Positions 26,590-40,214 of a stretch of 64,000 nt of DNA are shown here, piece after piece; the stretch's first letter is position 1, and each line of letters starts with the position of its first letter. Source of the DNA: Harriotta raleighana. Lineage: Eukaryota. The notes beneath the pieces were generated by a model, which was not told where the DNA came from, did not search any database, and saw only the letters and a program-made list of their open reading frames with translations. The DNA lies in the NCBI GenBank assembly GCA_050575255.1, contig JBNZDD010013723.1, positions 7,870,958-7,934,957 of the forward strand. The letters run 5' to 3'. The translations under genes and the position numbers were made by a program.

Positions 26590-26741
26590 CAACATAGAGC
26601 CCAGACTGTTGTGGGAGAGGGTGGAGAAGCTTGTACCAAGACCAGGCAGTGGCAGCTCCTCAGGCTCCAGCAACTCTGGCTCACAGCCAGGGTCTCATCC
26701 TGGTTCTCAGACTGGATCTGGGGAGCGTTACAGGCTGCGAT
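26590..26741 (+). CDS. MAP4K4: MAP4K4 exon ([50 protein letters not shown])
   Basis: ttgtag|CAACAT...GCGAT|gtgaga; 152 nt. Confidence 0.95.
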
Positions 26742-27722
26742 GTGAGATTTTCTTTTTAGTTTATTTAGGCAATTGCTTGCACTGCTTTGTTAAACTTATA
26801 CTGTCTCTGATGTGCCTGCAGTTTTGAAGGGGGAAGAAGGTCAAAGGTTCACTAAATTACTATAATTGTAGAACTGATTTAGGTAGTAAGGTGGTTTTAT
26901 TCCCTTGAATATATTAAAAATTTGTATTTACAACCCATGAATTAAACTAAAAAATTTTTTATGTGGTTTTAACTTATTTCCCCCCCATAAATTTTGAACC
27001 TATTGTTTACATAGTGAGTTTTTTCGACCTTCTGATTCAGAAATTATGTTGTTGATTTTGTGGCATTTCTTTATAGATTTCTTAATTAAAAACCTGAAAA
27101 TGCATAATACTGATTCAAGAGAATGTCACTCCAGCTCCATCTCTCTCAGAGTTGGGTTCCCTCAAGTCAATGTTACATATCCAGCTTAAAGTTTCCTCTC
27201 AGATTTCTTAATGAAAAAATCACCAAATTAATTTCTGTGAACGATTCGCCTTCTTGTTTTGAAGGGTTAGTTACTTTCTTTGATTAAGTAAGAGCTAAAA
27301 ATTGTCCTCCTTATCAACCGACCAGCCTCTAGGTTGGAAGATTACAGATTTAAATTACACAGTAACAGTACCTAATTTCATAATTCAGATTTGCACCTCT
27401 CAAGTAGTCTTGAGTGAAGAGTTAGCTACATTGCTGCTGTGCTGTTCTGGTAGATCAGATGCTATGCTATTATTTCATGGATGAACAGGCTTTCCCTACT
27501 TTCCTGGATATAATCTCCCAAATCCACCAAATTTGTCAACTCCTGTTCTACAGTAAAATGAATATTCGTTCTATTGCTGTAAGTGGGATACTCATGGGAT
27601 GTATAAGTCACTAAACTATAACGTGATTCAATGTGTGACACCATTGAGATGTTTTGATATGACTCCTTATCAAATGTATGTGTATTATTAATGATAGTTT
27701 TTTCCTGACCATTATTTCACAG

Positions 27723-27817
27723 CATCTTCAAAATCTGAGGGTTCACCATCACAACGCCATGAAAATCTTACCAAAAAAACAGAAGATAAAAAAGACTTCA
27801 GGCCGAGCCGACCAGCT
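27723..27817 (+). CDS. MAP4K4: MAP4K4 exon (SSKSEGSPSQRHENLTKKTEDKKDFRPSRPA)
   Basis: tcacag|CATCT...CCAGCT|gtaagt; 95 nt. Confidence 0.94.
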
Positions 27818-28418
27818 GTAAGTTCTTTAAACTTATTACTTTAATGTGGTAGTCTGATTCCCATGTTTCTTAATTTTGAGTATTAACAAAATAATGATTT
27901 TAAGTGAAATGTGTCCTGTTTGTAATGTACACCCCTGTTTCATGGGTTTGGAAATTTTACATCAATATAATAAGTAAAACTATTTCAAAACCTCAAAACA
28001 AATTGAGTCTGCTCTGCTTAAAAACTGTTCTGAATGATTCTACAATCAGTGCATGTGTGTTTGTTTTGTAACTGAATAATTATTCTAATCACCTTACTAT
28101 TACGTTATTTTGTTTTATTGAATAGTAATACGTAAATCTCACATAAGTCGTATCAGTTGGAACATATATGTCATATGACTTGTGCGAAGTGAGTTATGTC
28201 AAACTTACATAGAATATTAACTTTTGAAAGGGATTTATGACTTTGGTGATTATAGGATTTATAGAGATCAGACTTATGCAAGTTTTATTGTAGCTAGCTA
28301 AAGTGTGTTTATGTTGACTTTTTTTTTCCATTTCCATTTTGATGTCTAATCTATTGGTCCAACCAACGATGCCACTTGACTTGATCACATGAATACACCC
28401 TGTATTGCTGGTGTGTAG

Positions 28419-28427
28419 GGCGAAGTG
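28419..28427 (+). CDS. MAP4K4: MAP4K4 9-nt microexon (GEV)
   Basis: tattgctggtgtgtag|GGCGAAGTG|gtaagc; encodes the GEV found between ...PA and DL.ALAKEL in some mammalian MAP4K4 isoforms. Confidence 0.9.
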
Positions 28428-30472
28428 GTAAGCTATGTCATTCTAATTTCTTCCCTCTTTACTCTCTATGCTTTTCACTTGCATTCACCGTATTCATTTC
28501 GGATGTTCACAAGTTGTTGAGTTATTTGTATGCTCTATATTGTTCAAATGAATGTTAGGAGTGAAATTGCTCACTACTTAATTTCTTAATGTTTTTGAGG
28601 GATAGGAATAGAAGTTTTCAGCAAGAAAAGAGGGCCATAATACATACACAGCAACTTTCACCTACAAAATATACAATCAATTCACTTTGAGGTGACTCCC
28701 AAGATATGATAAGGCACTATATCAAATGCAAGGATCATCATTATTAACTGGTGTACTCTGTCCCAAGAGCTTTATGTAATACTTTTGTGGATGACTATGT
28801 GGATCAAAACATTTCATAATACTACAAAAAGAGTAAATGTAATTGTTTTTGAATGATTTTCGTCCTACAATAATATGAAAAAGGTCAGTCAATTGTGTGG
28901 AAGATGTATGATCTTGACTATAACATGGTAAATGGATAGTCTGCCTACAGCAGTGAGGATAATGCGGATACTGATGAAGATACTAATACACGCACTGTTT
29001 TAATTTCCTAAATCAGTTATAATTTAAATTTGCATTTTTATTACATCTNGCATGGTAAATGAATAGTCTGCCTACAGCAGTGAGGATAATGCAGATACTG
29101 ATGAAGATACTAATACACGCACTGATTTAATTTCCTAAATCAGTTATAATTTAAATTTGCATTTTTATTACATCTTTCACGTTTGGAGAGCACTCTCACA
29201 AAGTTCTTTATGGAGCTGGATGGACATCTGAACTGAGGGTGGGAGCCGAAGATTGTGGTGGAGGGGGAGATAACAAAATATAGAGTCAATTCACTTTACA
29301 GTTGTAGTCTGTGAAGTACTTTGAGACACCTCAAAGATAAGACTCTTACCTCAAATTATTATTATATTGACCAAAGAGGCACATTTTGTAATTCACCTTA
29401 AAAGAGGGGAGAGATAGAGGGAATCAGAGGATNCCTCAAAGATAAGACTCTTACCTCAAATCATTATTATATTGACCTAAGTGTGATCAAAGAGGCATAT
29501 TTTGTAATTCACCTTAAAAGAGGGGAGAGATAGAGGGAATCAGAGGATGGATTTACAGAGAATGGGGCTGAAAGTATCCCCACTGAGGGTGGGGTGGTTA
29601 GGACAGGGTTAGGATATGAAGCAAGACAATTTTTAGTGACTGAGGAACAAGTTTTCTGGAGATCAATTGACCAATTTAAAATGACAATATTTCATCTCTT
29701 CCCACCACCCCCCCAAAAAACCCAAATACAATAGCAACAAATTAGATTTGTTTTTCTCATTTCATGTCAGGAAGATGTCCCAAGGCGCTGATGTTACAAA
29801 GCATATCCAAGGATTGAAAGCAAATTATATCAAAATGCATCGGCATTTTTTATGTCGGATTTTGAAGCTGTTATATTTTAAATCAGAAGCACACTTTTTT
29901 ATCAGGCACTAGAAGACGTTTGTTTGGTACAAGTCAATAGTTGTAGATTTTCAGAAAATGTTACTTCATTAACATTGATTATTCAATGTTCAAACTTGAA
30001 TGACTTCATTTTACATTCCAAAGTTTTATTGTCCTTACTTTGGCTTTTTTTTAATCGTTTCTAAATTCAATTACTCTGCCATTTTTGTAATGCCTCACAT
30101 TCATGTAACTTGTTTCTCCTCTGAACTGCACTTGTACTATTCCAATTTCTTTGGCTTATTGATTATTTGATATGTAATAGAAATGTGTCTGACCTCTCTC
30201 CAGGGCAGGGTACAGAAATGTTCTAATTCAGTTTTCAGTTGAACTAGACATAAAAATCCCTGACTCTTAGGAAGCTTTAGGTTTCCAAGCCAGTGGTTTG
30301 CTTTGTTCCCCTACAAATACACAGTTGATTCACTTTGCTGTATAAGTGAAGTACTTTTGAGAGTTCCTCCTCACATAAGAGTGCCATATCAAATGCAAGT
30401 ATTATTATGATTTATTATTTATATTTTAAGTACCAACTTCAAAAGCCTGATTTGCTAATTATTTTCTTCTAG

Positions 30473-30648
30473 GATCTTGCTGCGTTGGCTAAAGAACTCC
30501 GAGCTGTGGAGGATATCCGGCCTCCCCAGAAAGTTACTGATTATTCATCATCAAGTGATGAATCGGGAACGAGTGATGATGACGATGAAGATCTTGACCA
30601 GGAAGGGACAGACGAGACTGGGCCAATGTCCGATGATGCTAGAGCAAC
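30473..30648 (+). CDS. MAP4K4: MAP4K4 exon (DLAALAKELRAVEDIRPPQKVTDYSSSSDESGT...DARA)
   Basis: ttctag|GATCTT...GCAAC|gtatgt; 176 nt. Confidence 0.95.
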
Positions 30649-31643
30649 GTATGTCATCTTAATTAACAGTAGTGACGTGCTTTACTTGACGTGCTTAAAT
30701 ATATGCACCTACAAATCCACACTCACCCCACCTCACAATAAATTCTGTGAAGCACTTTCAGAGTCTTAACGATGTCATAAAGTGCTATATCCAATACAAG
30801 GATTATTATCATTACCATTGTACGAGAAATTTAGTCCATTTTTAGAAGCCTTGCAGCTTCTCTGGAAATTTTATTTAATAATTTGCAAGTGTTGGTGTCT
30901 GTTCTATTGCTACTAAAAGTGCTGCTTTAGACCACATGTTATTAAATCGTTCTGTAAGTATAGAATTAAAAATATACACTAAATATTGCTAAATAAGAGT
31001 TATAACGTGGGGTCTCATTTTAAAGAGAATTGCAATGCAATGTTGTAATGTGCATTTTTCAATGTGAATTCAGTTATACAGTAACATAGTTGCAGTTGAC
31101 ACCCATTTCATTGAGCAAGGTCACATGCTTTTACAGTAAAGTGGCTAACATTCAGATACTTACATCAACATCTATGTCATTTACAATTGCAGCAAGCGGA
31201 AAGTGTCTCTTTCAGAGCAGGATGTAAGCTGGTCAGCTGTGTGTAACAGCTCAGTGAAACTGACCTTTGTACATCACTAGAGCATACATAGATTGTGTTT
31301 TTATAGATTGCAGCCACCATGCTATAGCTATGCTACTGTATAATACCTACTTCCAACAGGCTCTCACAATTGGAATCTTACATCTGCTTATGTTGCAGAA
31401 GCTTACCTTACTTGCTGGCATCGCATCTTTAATTAGGCCCCATGTGAAAGCACTTTGTAAATATAGCATTTTGAAAATATATAATAAAAATAGCTAAATA
31501 GGAGTTACAATATAAGCCTAGAGTATTTGGGTCATGCGCTTAAAACATCTGAGTTTGACTTCATGACCCCCTTAATCATTTTGAATTATGCAAAATCGAG
31601 AAGTGTGCTGAAGATTTAAACTGTTCTGGATTTTATTGATCAG

Positions 31644-31770
31644 ATCCTCTTCAAAGCTGAGCAACGGAGAGACAGAATCAGTGAATACAATGATAGTTCA
31701 CGACGATCTGGAGCTGCAGACTGAATCTTCTGTTACTCCCTCTAAAGATGGCACTTTAATTGTTCGACAG
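31644..31770 (+). CDS. MAP4K4: MAP4K4 exon ([21 protein letters not shown]...[12 protein letters not shown])
   Basis: gatcag|ATCCTC...CGACAG|gtactg; 127 nt. Confidence 0.94.
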
Positions 31771-32753
31771 GTACTGTATTTGACACGCTGACTGAGGTCT
31801 ATCAGTTGGTTATTAATTCACTCATTTACCCATCTGATAATTTTTGCTGCAGTGTTTTTTCCCCATTAGTTATGCACTAATTGGGATTCCTTGATATATG
31901 ATGAAATATCAGTTCTTCTGGGCTAGAGTTCTTTTTTTTGTCCCCTGGGCATAAAGATCATTTTAATCTCTTCATTTTGATGCAGCTGTCTTGTGCGTAA
32001 CTGGTGCCCATCAAAATAGTCAATACATTGGGTTCTGATGGACAAGAAGTGACTGCTGACTTTAAAAAAAACATAGGTGCCTAATATGTTCATTTGTAAG
32101 TCTGACATCTGGCTTTACAAAACGTTTCTAAATAAAACTAACCTGTTTGTAAGCATTCATTCATGCAAGTGTCATGTTCTAACTGCAGACTTAATTTTTT
32201 AAAAACTAAACCCTCACATTTGCAGCTCTAGGGAAGTACTGTAAGCAGCTTTTAACTTGGTTGAGCAGCAATGATGCCTTATATGCAAGCAGGAACATTT
32301 AACGACAGAGAAAAGTCCTTATCATGTCCTGCTAAGACCTACTTAATTTTAATTGTTTTCAGCAAACCAAATTATCCCGTCCCCAGAACCACATTATAAG
32401 ATTAAAGACATGCTTTTCTGTGAATATTGTAACTCGTTGCTAGTTTAAATAGCATCATAAAATTCCCAGAAAGAGCTCATATTAAAATATGAGCAGTGTG
32501 TTCCAATTCTTGATCCTAAGTACTGTACAAGGTAAAACATTAGCCAGTATCTGTTTTGCCTGGCGTAATGTATAAGATTAATTTTACTGTCAAATTTCAC
32601 CAAACCGAATCGTTTAACTTCTGGAACTAGCCTTTCTAGATAAAATTTACACTCTCCAATTTTGATGCATTAATTCTTCTGCCAGTTAGCTGGGAGGGTG
32701 ATAGGTTTTTGAACAGCTCTTCAGCAAGACAAGTGTGCCTGTTTTTTCTACAG

Positions 32754-32924
32754 AGCGCAGGTGACTTAAAGCGAGCCAGCCACCATGAGAGTAATGGCTT
32801 TGCAAGCCGCATTCACCTCTTGCCAGATCTCATACAGCAAAGCCATTCCTCCACCTCCCCAACAAGCCAACAGGCTCCCATCCTGTCCCCTCAGCTATCC
32901 CGGGATGAACTTACTACTAATGAG
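32754..32924 (+). CDS. MAP4K4: MAP4K4 frame-preserving cassette-type exon (SAGDLKRASHHESNGFASRIHLLPDLIQQSHSS...LTTNE)
   Basis: ctacag|AGCGCA...AATGAG|gtatgt; 171 nt; homologous to the optional KRASHHESNGF exon of mammalian MAP4K4. Confidence 0.92.
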
Positions 32925-34028
32925 GTATGTCTGATGCCATGGCAGGCTGTTCTTGGCCTACCACTCCTATAAACTAGCTAGCCACAACACTGCTCTGGTC
33001 AACCTCCGATGCTTTCATCTTTTAACTTTTGCTGTGTAACAATACTTCTACACCATTGTAGATTTCACTAAACCCTGTTACTGGGTCGAATGTTTTGACT
33101 CCCAAACTTTCCAGTTAATGGATATTAAAAAGTTTTCACTTTTTAAATAAGCGAAAAAGGAAAACTCGTAAGAAGTGTGATCTACTAGAGTTTTTATTTT
33201 CTAAGCTTATTGAGAAGGTAATTTAATTCATTCACACAGATCTGAAATTAATTTGTAAATCCTAACGTGCTACTTATAAAGTCTTGATTGTGCTCAATCT
33301 AACAATGAATATTTTAAAACCATATTACAGTGTGATTTGGCACCAAATGTAGTGCAGTATATGAAACCACAATTTGCTGCCTTCATGATAACTTGTAGGT
33401 GAAACCGCAATTTTAAGAAAAGTGCTTCAGCTTTAGCCCATTGGTGCAGCTTGCTTTGTACACGGACATCCAGTTTCTTACAGGCAATAAATATTTTGTT
33501 TTACTGGTAGATAGAGAGTGAACAGATCATAAATATATACCTTGTATGCAATAAATCAAGAGCAGCTGGTTTTCCTCATTCACCACCAGATTAATCTTAA
33601 CAACATGTCTCTGTGTATTGCTCCTCTGATACCTGACCTTCCTAGCCATTATTTTAAAGGTGTTTACTACAATTTAATAATTGATGGCATGCTGTCTTAA
33701 TAACTTTCCAGATTTTATCTTTAGTGCACAAGTAACCCTTGCGTGTCTAATGAATCAGTTACCTTAACATAATTTTTGAATTAATAATCACAAAACTGCT
33801 TGAATAGCTTGTATTGTCTTGCATTCAAGGTGTACAAGTTTTCTGAAAAGTCATTCATCTTCAATTGAGCACATAAATAAGTTCAAGTGGTTATAAAAAC
33901 ACTTTGTAGTCATGTTTAAATATATATTTATCCTTTACGGGATATGTCTGTTTTTAGTTTGAAATTGAATGAAAGGATGCATTCTAACCCACAATTAAAT
34001 AAACTGACAAATAATGCTTCAGTTCTCC

Positions 34029-34058
34029 ATATATTATATATCATATATATATATATTA
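34029..34058. repeat. Imperfect (TA)n microsatellite
   Basis: atatattatatatcatatatatatatatta. Confidence 0.7.
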
Positions 34059-34849
34059 TAAGTGGTGGTTTAACGTATATGCACTAGAGATGGTGCAATT
34101 TAGATTTTGCGCCGTAGCAGAGGTTCTCGCAGCATTTAGCTATCTGAATTTAGTCTTGTCTCGTGGAATGTGAAATCAGTAGAGTGGGCAAAGTGTAGTC
34201 TCAGTGGCAGAAGTCAAATTGAGATTAATAACGCAGTAATGACATGTATATAAATAGAGTAAAATTTATCCCTCATAATCTCCAGTCTGAACTTCAGAAA
34301 TGAATGCACTCTACAGCTGTCACCTTTTTGACTGCCAAAGCTATAATTCCCATCATTTTTCTCCCTAATATATAAACCGGATTTTAAAAAAGCTTAGCTT
34401 TTTAAAAAAAAACTTGATTTGTTAATAGGATGCTAACGTTTTCTTAACAGAAGACCCTTTTATTTACATTTTCCATTTTCTCAACCTACGTTTTTCTCCT
34501 AGAGTACATATAGATTAGTGGTGTGCTGTAATAAGCTATATAAGATTTACAGTTCTATTGTAAACCTGCAGTGTCTCACAATTCTTTCTCTACAGCCAGA
34601 CATACGAAAAAGCTATCTGAAGCTGTTTTACACGCTGTATATTTGTCAGTGTTTTCACTGCAGAGATGATCATCAGGAATGTGACAGTAGATTTTTTTCT
34701 CCACTTTTGTAGTTTCACAAATCATGATTAAAACAGGAACTATTTTTTAATCTGGTTATTTGACAATTTCCAATATCTAATACAATTTTGGGGGTGAAAC
34801 TGAATCGTTCATGGTGCCCGCAGGTAACCAACTCATTGTGCAGATGCAT

Positions 34850-35000
34850 TCATAGAATCTTACTGCACAAAAGGAGGCCATTTGGCCCATCGAGTCTGTG
34901 TCGGTTCTTTAAAAATAGCAATTTAATCTCACTCCCCAGCTCTCTCCCCATAACCTCGCAAACTCTTCCTCCCAAATAAATGTCTACTTCTCTTTTAAAA
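34850..35000 (-). mobile_element. CR1 3' tail fragment
   Basis: tcatagaatcttactgcacaaaaggaggccatttggcccatcgagtctgtg. Confidence 0.75.
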
Positions 35001-38000
35001 TTAAATTGTCATGGCGAGAAAGAGTTAGACTAGATCGGGACCTCACTTTCAAAAAGTGGTTTGAAGCTTTGTGAACCTGTTTGTTTTGAAGAATTTTGCA
35101 AGAGCTTTCTGTAATTAAGTATTAAATAAGGATGAGGGTTTTAGTCTCTGAATTGTTTGGTTTTATGATGAGCCAAAAATGATTTTGATTAATAGTGGGG
35201 AAACTCTGACATATTCTCTTTTTGGCTTCCGCAAATTGTGAGCAAAAGGAATGAGCACCAAACCCAAATGAACCTCTTCCTTTCTCTTCCTGCTCCCCTT
35301 TCTCTCTTTTCCCGTGGTGTAGCTGGTGAAACTATTTGTCACACATCTGCCTCTTTGTTAAAGATAGGTTTGACTGAGTTAAATTTCCTGTAGTGTCAGG
35401 TTGTGGGTTGATTTTTTTAAAATGAGACTGCTCTTTGGCTGGGAAAAGCTAATTTGACAGGTTTTCAGTTTTATTTCAACAGCCATCAGCCACACCACAT
35501 TTCACTTTAATCTTCTTGGTATAATCATCCTAACATTTATAAGCATTAAACTGGCAAGTTTTTTTTTTGATCTCAAAACATCACTGTCATTCACATAACT
35601 TCTGTAACATCCCATTCCATGTTTCACCGTCTTCCCTCTTCCATTCTTGTGCTTGTGCTGTTAGATTTGTGTTTGAAAAAACGATTAACCCTATGATGAC
35701 TGCAGTCACATTTCTACACCATATTTTAAAAAGTAATAATTTACCCATTTTTTCTAGAGAATAATATATATTTGGCTTAGGCTAACATATAGACTTACTC
35801 GATGACTGAATTGGTGGTTACTCTGCCTTGCTCTTTCTTACGAAGCAGGAAAGTCGCTGGCTTAATAGTTGATCTCAGTAAGAGTGCTGACTTCAAACAG
35901 GTTTGTGCTCACCCTTTGTGATCAAAATAGTTTACCAATTCCCAATTGTTAAGACTCATCCACAAGCAAAAAGATCACTTGGGTGAAGAAGTGGGGGACT
36001 TCCAACAAGTGTGGAGTTGTATCAGTTCGTGAATTACCACCTTCAGGGGAGGAAATAATTGGAAAGAGGATTGTGAATTATAAAGAGTTCAAAAATGACT
36101 TGATTCAAAATATTCAGTTTCCCCAAACATGCTTTTTTATTTAGAAAGATGTAAATCATAGAAAATAGGAATGGTTTGTAGAAAGGACTTTCAGTGCTCA
36201 GAGGGTTAAAGTGAAGAGAAGTTCTACAATTTCACAAAAATAACGCATTGCTGCTCAAGAATTATTTGTTCCAGCAAAATTTACTTTGGCTGCCAATTAA
36301 GTCACACACCTTCACTTACAGCTGCATTTGTTCGCTCTCTTATCTACTTGTGCTTGGGGCCTCGATCACACAAGCAGTTTCCATCCTCTGTTCACTCAAG
36401 GAAAATTAAATTTGGACAGTGTTGCACCAACAATGTGCAAACATTACAAATACTGTATCTGGAGCAAGTGATTTTTAAAAATGAAATCATAGCAGTACTA
36501 TTGATGATCAAGTTAAATGTATTGTACAATGTTGATGGAATGTTGGCAGGAATTCTTGGCGTTGTCATTTTTAAGAATCAAAGTACAACATAATACTCAT
36601 TAACTCTATTTTTATTTGAAGGAAATGTACTTCTTTGCTCAAACAACAAGCACTGATGTCATCCTTAGGGAAGGTTGCGCTTGCCATTACATTGGATGAG
36701 ATATTGAGTGCAATGGTGTGAGATATCTGAATTAATATTGGTTTATAGTCCCAGATGTATCATGTCACAATGTTTGAAAATGTCATTAACTCTGTAACCT
36801 CATGGGTTCTAAAATTCCAACCAGTCATCCACTTCCTCTGAGGTTGCGCAGACATGGCTTAATATTTCAATAGATTTTATTTTACATTGTAATGTTTTAA
36901 TTGATGATGGGATCTCTTTAATATTAAAAATATTCTGCAAGACTGGCTTCACGAGAATTATTAAAATTGGCAAGGATGTTTCAGTACACCACAACTAGAA
37001 AGGCCAGGGTTTGGCTTCAATACTTTAAAGGAGGAGTCCAGAATGATCTGAGCACGATTGCATTTTGTGTTTTTAAGCATGAACAGAACAGCTAGTGTAC
37101 AATTCAGTGTAGATATGGCTGTAACTATTTGCTCAAATGCAAATTGCCAATTACATTTAATATCATTTTTATGTGGTCTGCAGGTAATAAAGTTGTATAA
37201 ATACAGCTTAATATCAACAAATGAGAGAACTATGACATGTTTTTCATTTCACCATAAGCCTTTAATGCTGCTTTTTTACATGAAAAAAACTGATTCAATC
37301 TTACGAAGGGTGATTTCCAGCTTTAAGTTGCCCCAAAGGTATTATCTTTTATCAACTGTTTAAACTGTGCAGTTATTTCAATATTTCACCATGTGCTGCA
37401 AATATCTGATTTGCAAATTGCACTTGCCATGTTTCAAAATCATTATGTTTAGTTGCTCACAAGTTTAATTGACCAATTTGCTGTGGAAATTAGTTGTTTT
37501 CATGTTTCTCCTTAATAGTATAAAGTTGCAAAGCATCCTGTGCTTTGGAGACTCCCTCTTTAGAAACAGTAATATTGGACAGTCAGTTTAAGTGATTGAT
37601 TCTGAAAGACAGCTGGTTTGATACTTCCAACAAGCTAATGTATTAAATTACTATATTCATTGAATGGTGAATTGAAAAGGCAGATTCGCTGGTATAGTTT
37701 CTCTTCTGATTCAATGGCAATCTAATTTGAGAATGTTTCACACTATTAGAGTAAACTCCAAATTGGTAGTTAACACTGAAATTGAAGCATAACATTTCAG
37801 GGTAGCACTTGCCCAAAAAAGGTGAATAAATTGTTAATTTAAACAAAGTATGAAATGATAAATTTTGAAAGGAGCTCAAATTCAGTGAGCGACAATTTGA
37901 ATCCAAATCCAACAGAAGAGTTCTATATACCTGCTCCTTTCCCTTTCCTCACTGGAACAGAATACATTCTTAAAACTTCTTTAGTTTCATCTTTTGTGTC

Positions 38001-38074
38001 CCCATTGCATATGATACCTTTCTTACCTTCATAAATTTGGCTCTGCAGCTGTTGTACTACCCATTTTGACCACT

Positions 38075-38225
38075 AAGCATTTCACAGAGTATATTATACT
38101 GTAAAGTGAATTGACTGTATATTTGTGGGCGAAACGCAGCAGCCAATTGCACAAAGCTTTGTCCCATAAACAGTGGATTGAGTGACCAAATTATTATTGT
38201 ATTTTTTTGGAGGGATTATTATTCC
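38075..38225 (-). mobile_element. DeuSINE-type SINE fragment
   Basis: tactgtaaagtgaattgactgtatatttgtgggcgaaacgcagcagccaattgcac. Confidence 0.8.
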
Positions 38226-38915
38226 CAGAAAAGCGATTAACAATCGATTAACATCCGGTGTAGTCCATGATGGTGGGATGAGATAGTTGCCATGGAAATC
38301 GAATACTTCAACTTTAGAAAGCAAAAATAAAAACACACAGCATATTCCTGCTGGGGAATGTTCATATTCATGTAGAATTTATTTACCATAGATTTTTTTT
38401 CAAATGGATAAATACATTATGTGAGCAGTGGAATATTCATAGTAAACATTGGTTGAATAAAATAACAACAAATTACATTTGTATAGTCCCTTTCATGATG
38501 GGAGGATGCGCAAGCATAAACAGATTGCTAATATTGAATTGGAAGATAAACTATACCAGTGAATCTGCCTTTTTAATTAAATATTTTTTTAAATTGTGCC
38601 TTACTGTTAACATTAGCTTGTTGAAGCTCAAAGTGTATAACTCACCATTAAGTGCTGTGGGAACAAAATATTGCTGTGGGAACAAAATTATACCATTAGT
38701 GATCATCTTATTAAAAAAAATCACTGGTAAACCAATTAGTACTTTTAAGATAATTACTCATTAGAAATGTTGATGTACTGTGGTTTGGAGACTGTTCATT
38801 TCAAGCCACCAAATGGTGTTTTTTGCATCCCCGTGTTTTACTAGGAATCTTAGCAATTGGATAACAACATTTTTTTTCATATAGTTTTCATGCTGATTGA
38901 ATATTCCTATTACAG

Positions 38916-39033
38916 ACCCAGTCAGCAGGAAGCACACTCCAAAAACACAAATCCTCCTCATCATTCACACCATTTATAGATCCCAGATTACTGCAGATCT
39001 CTCCATCAAGTGGATCCACTATATCTTCTGTGG
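38916..39033 (+). CDS. MAP4K4: MAP4K4 exon ([39 protein letters not shown])
   Basis: ttacag|ACCCAG...TGTGG|gtaagt; 118 nt. Confidence 0.95.
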
Positions 39034-40214
39034 GTAAGTCAAGCATCACAGTTCAGTTGTGTTTTAAGGATTGGAGTCTTCCCGAAAAGAATTCAATTTT
39101 TAGAGGTATATTTGATAGAAGCCATCAATTATCTTCAAAATCATTTGCATTAGGTTTGAAATAATTGATTATAAAATAAGTTTCAGTTTGTAGATGTAGA
39201 TTAAGATATTTGAGGTGCATTGACTATTGTTATCTTGTAGGCAAGAATCAATAAATGACGCACTAACTAGATTAAATATTGAACTGCTTGTCAGATGCAA
39301 TTATTTGCCATCTGATGTTCCATTTTTGGTGACTAATACTGTTGGTGGGGGCATGACCAGATAGATGTTAGCCTACCTCTGTAGTTAGATTTCCACACTT
39401 GTCCACAGCTCCATAACAATGAGACTATGATATCAGCAAGTACAGACAGGATTCTCTATGATTACTTGGAAGAAATGCTGTATAATTCCCATGAATTGCC
39501 TTATGCAACCATGGAGTACCTGGCTGGTGACCTGGCAGGGGCGAGAGAAATAATCATCAGCGGGAAGAGTTGAATTAGTTGTTGACTACATTTATCTATC
39601 AGAACAGGAGATTATCTATCAAAACGGTTCCTGGTCTAAATAGTTAATTTTCCTCCCAAGAAACACGAGGAGAATTCTGAGGCTGGAGAACCAAAGTTTT
39701 ATTACACAATTATTATTTATTATTTGAATTCTCCAGATCCAGATGTGCAGTTTAACATTGATTCTGCTTTACATGACATTTTTCACAGCCTGGGGTCATT
39801 CATATCTAACATACCTTTCAGTCAGAAGGTAGAAGAATATGGCCTTCTCCACTGCTGCTTTCAGTGCTGATCCTTGATTTGTGATATATTTTCAGTAAAA
39901 TAAGACAAGTGCTGTCTGTACCCCAAGTAAAGTGCTCCTCAACACTGACAGATTCAATTTGGCAGTTCAGCTGACTGCTGCTCGCTAAACCAATACATGA
40001 AAATTTAAATGTCCTCAACATACAACTTGTTCTGGTTTGGACTTGGAAGCAGTGAAAAGGATATGTGAAAGCTTTTGGCATAATAAAAAGAGAAACATTT
40101 CCTTTGAATTAGGTTGATTAGAATTATTTCTATTTGGGAAGGTCAGCGGAGGGGAATTGAAAGCAGTTTTGAGAGACATCAGTTGTAAATCTGATGGTGT
40201 ATTTCTTTTTGCAG

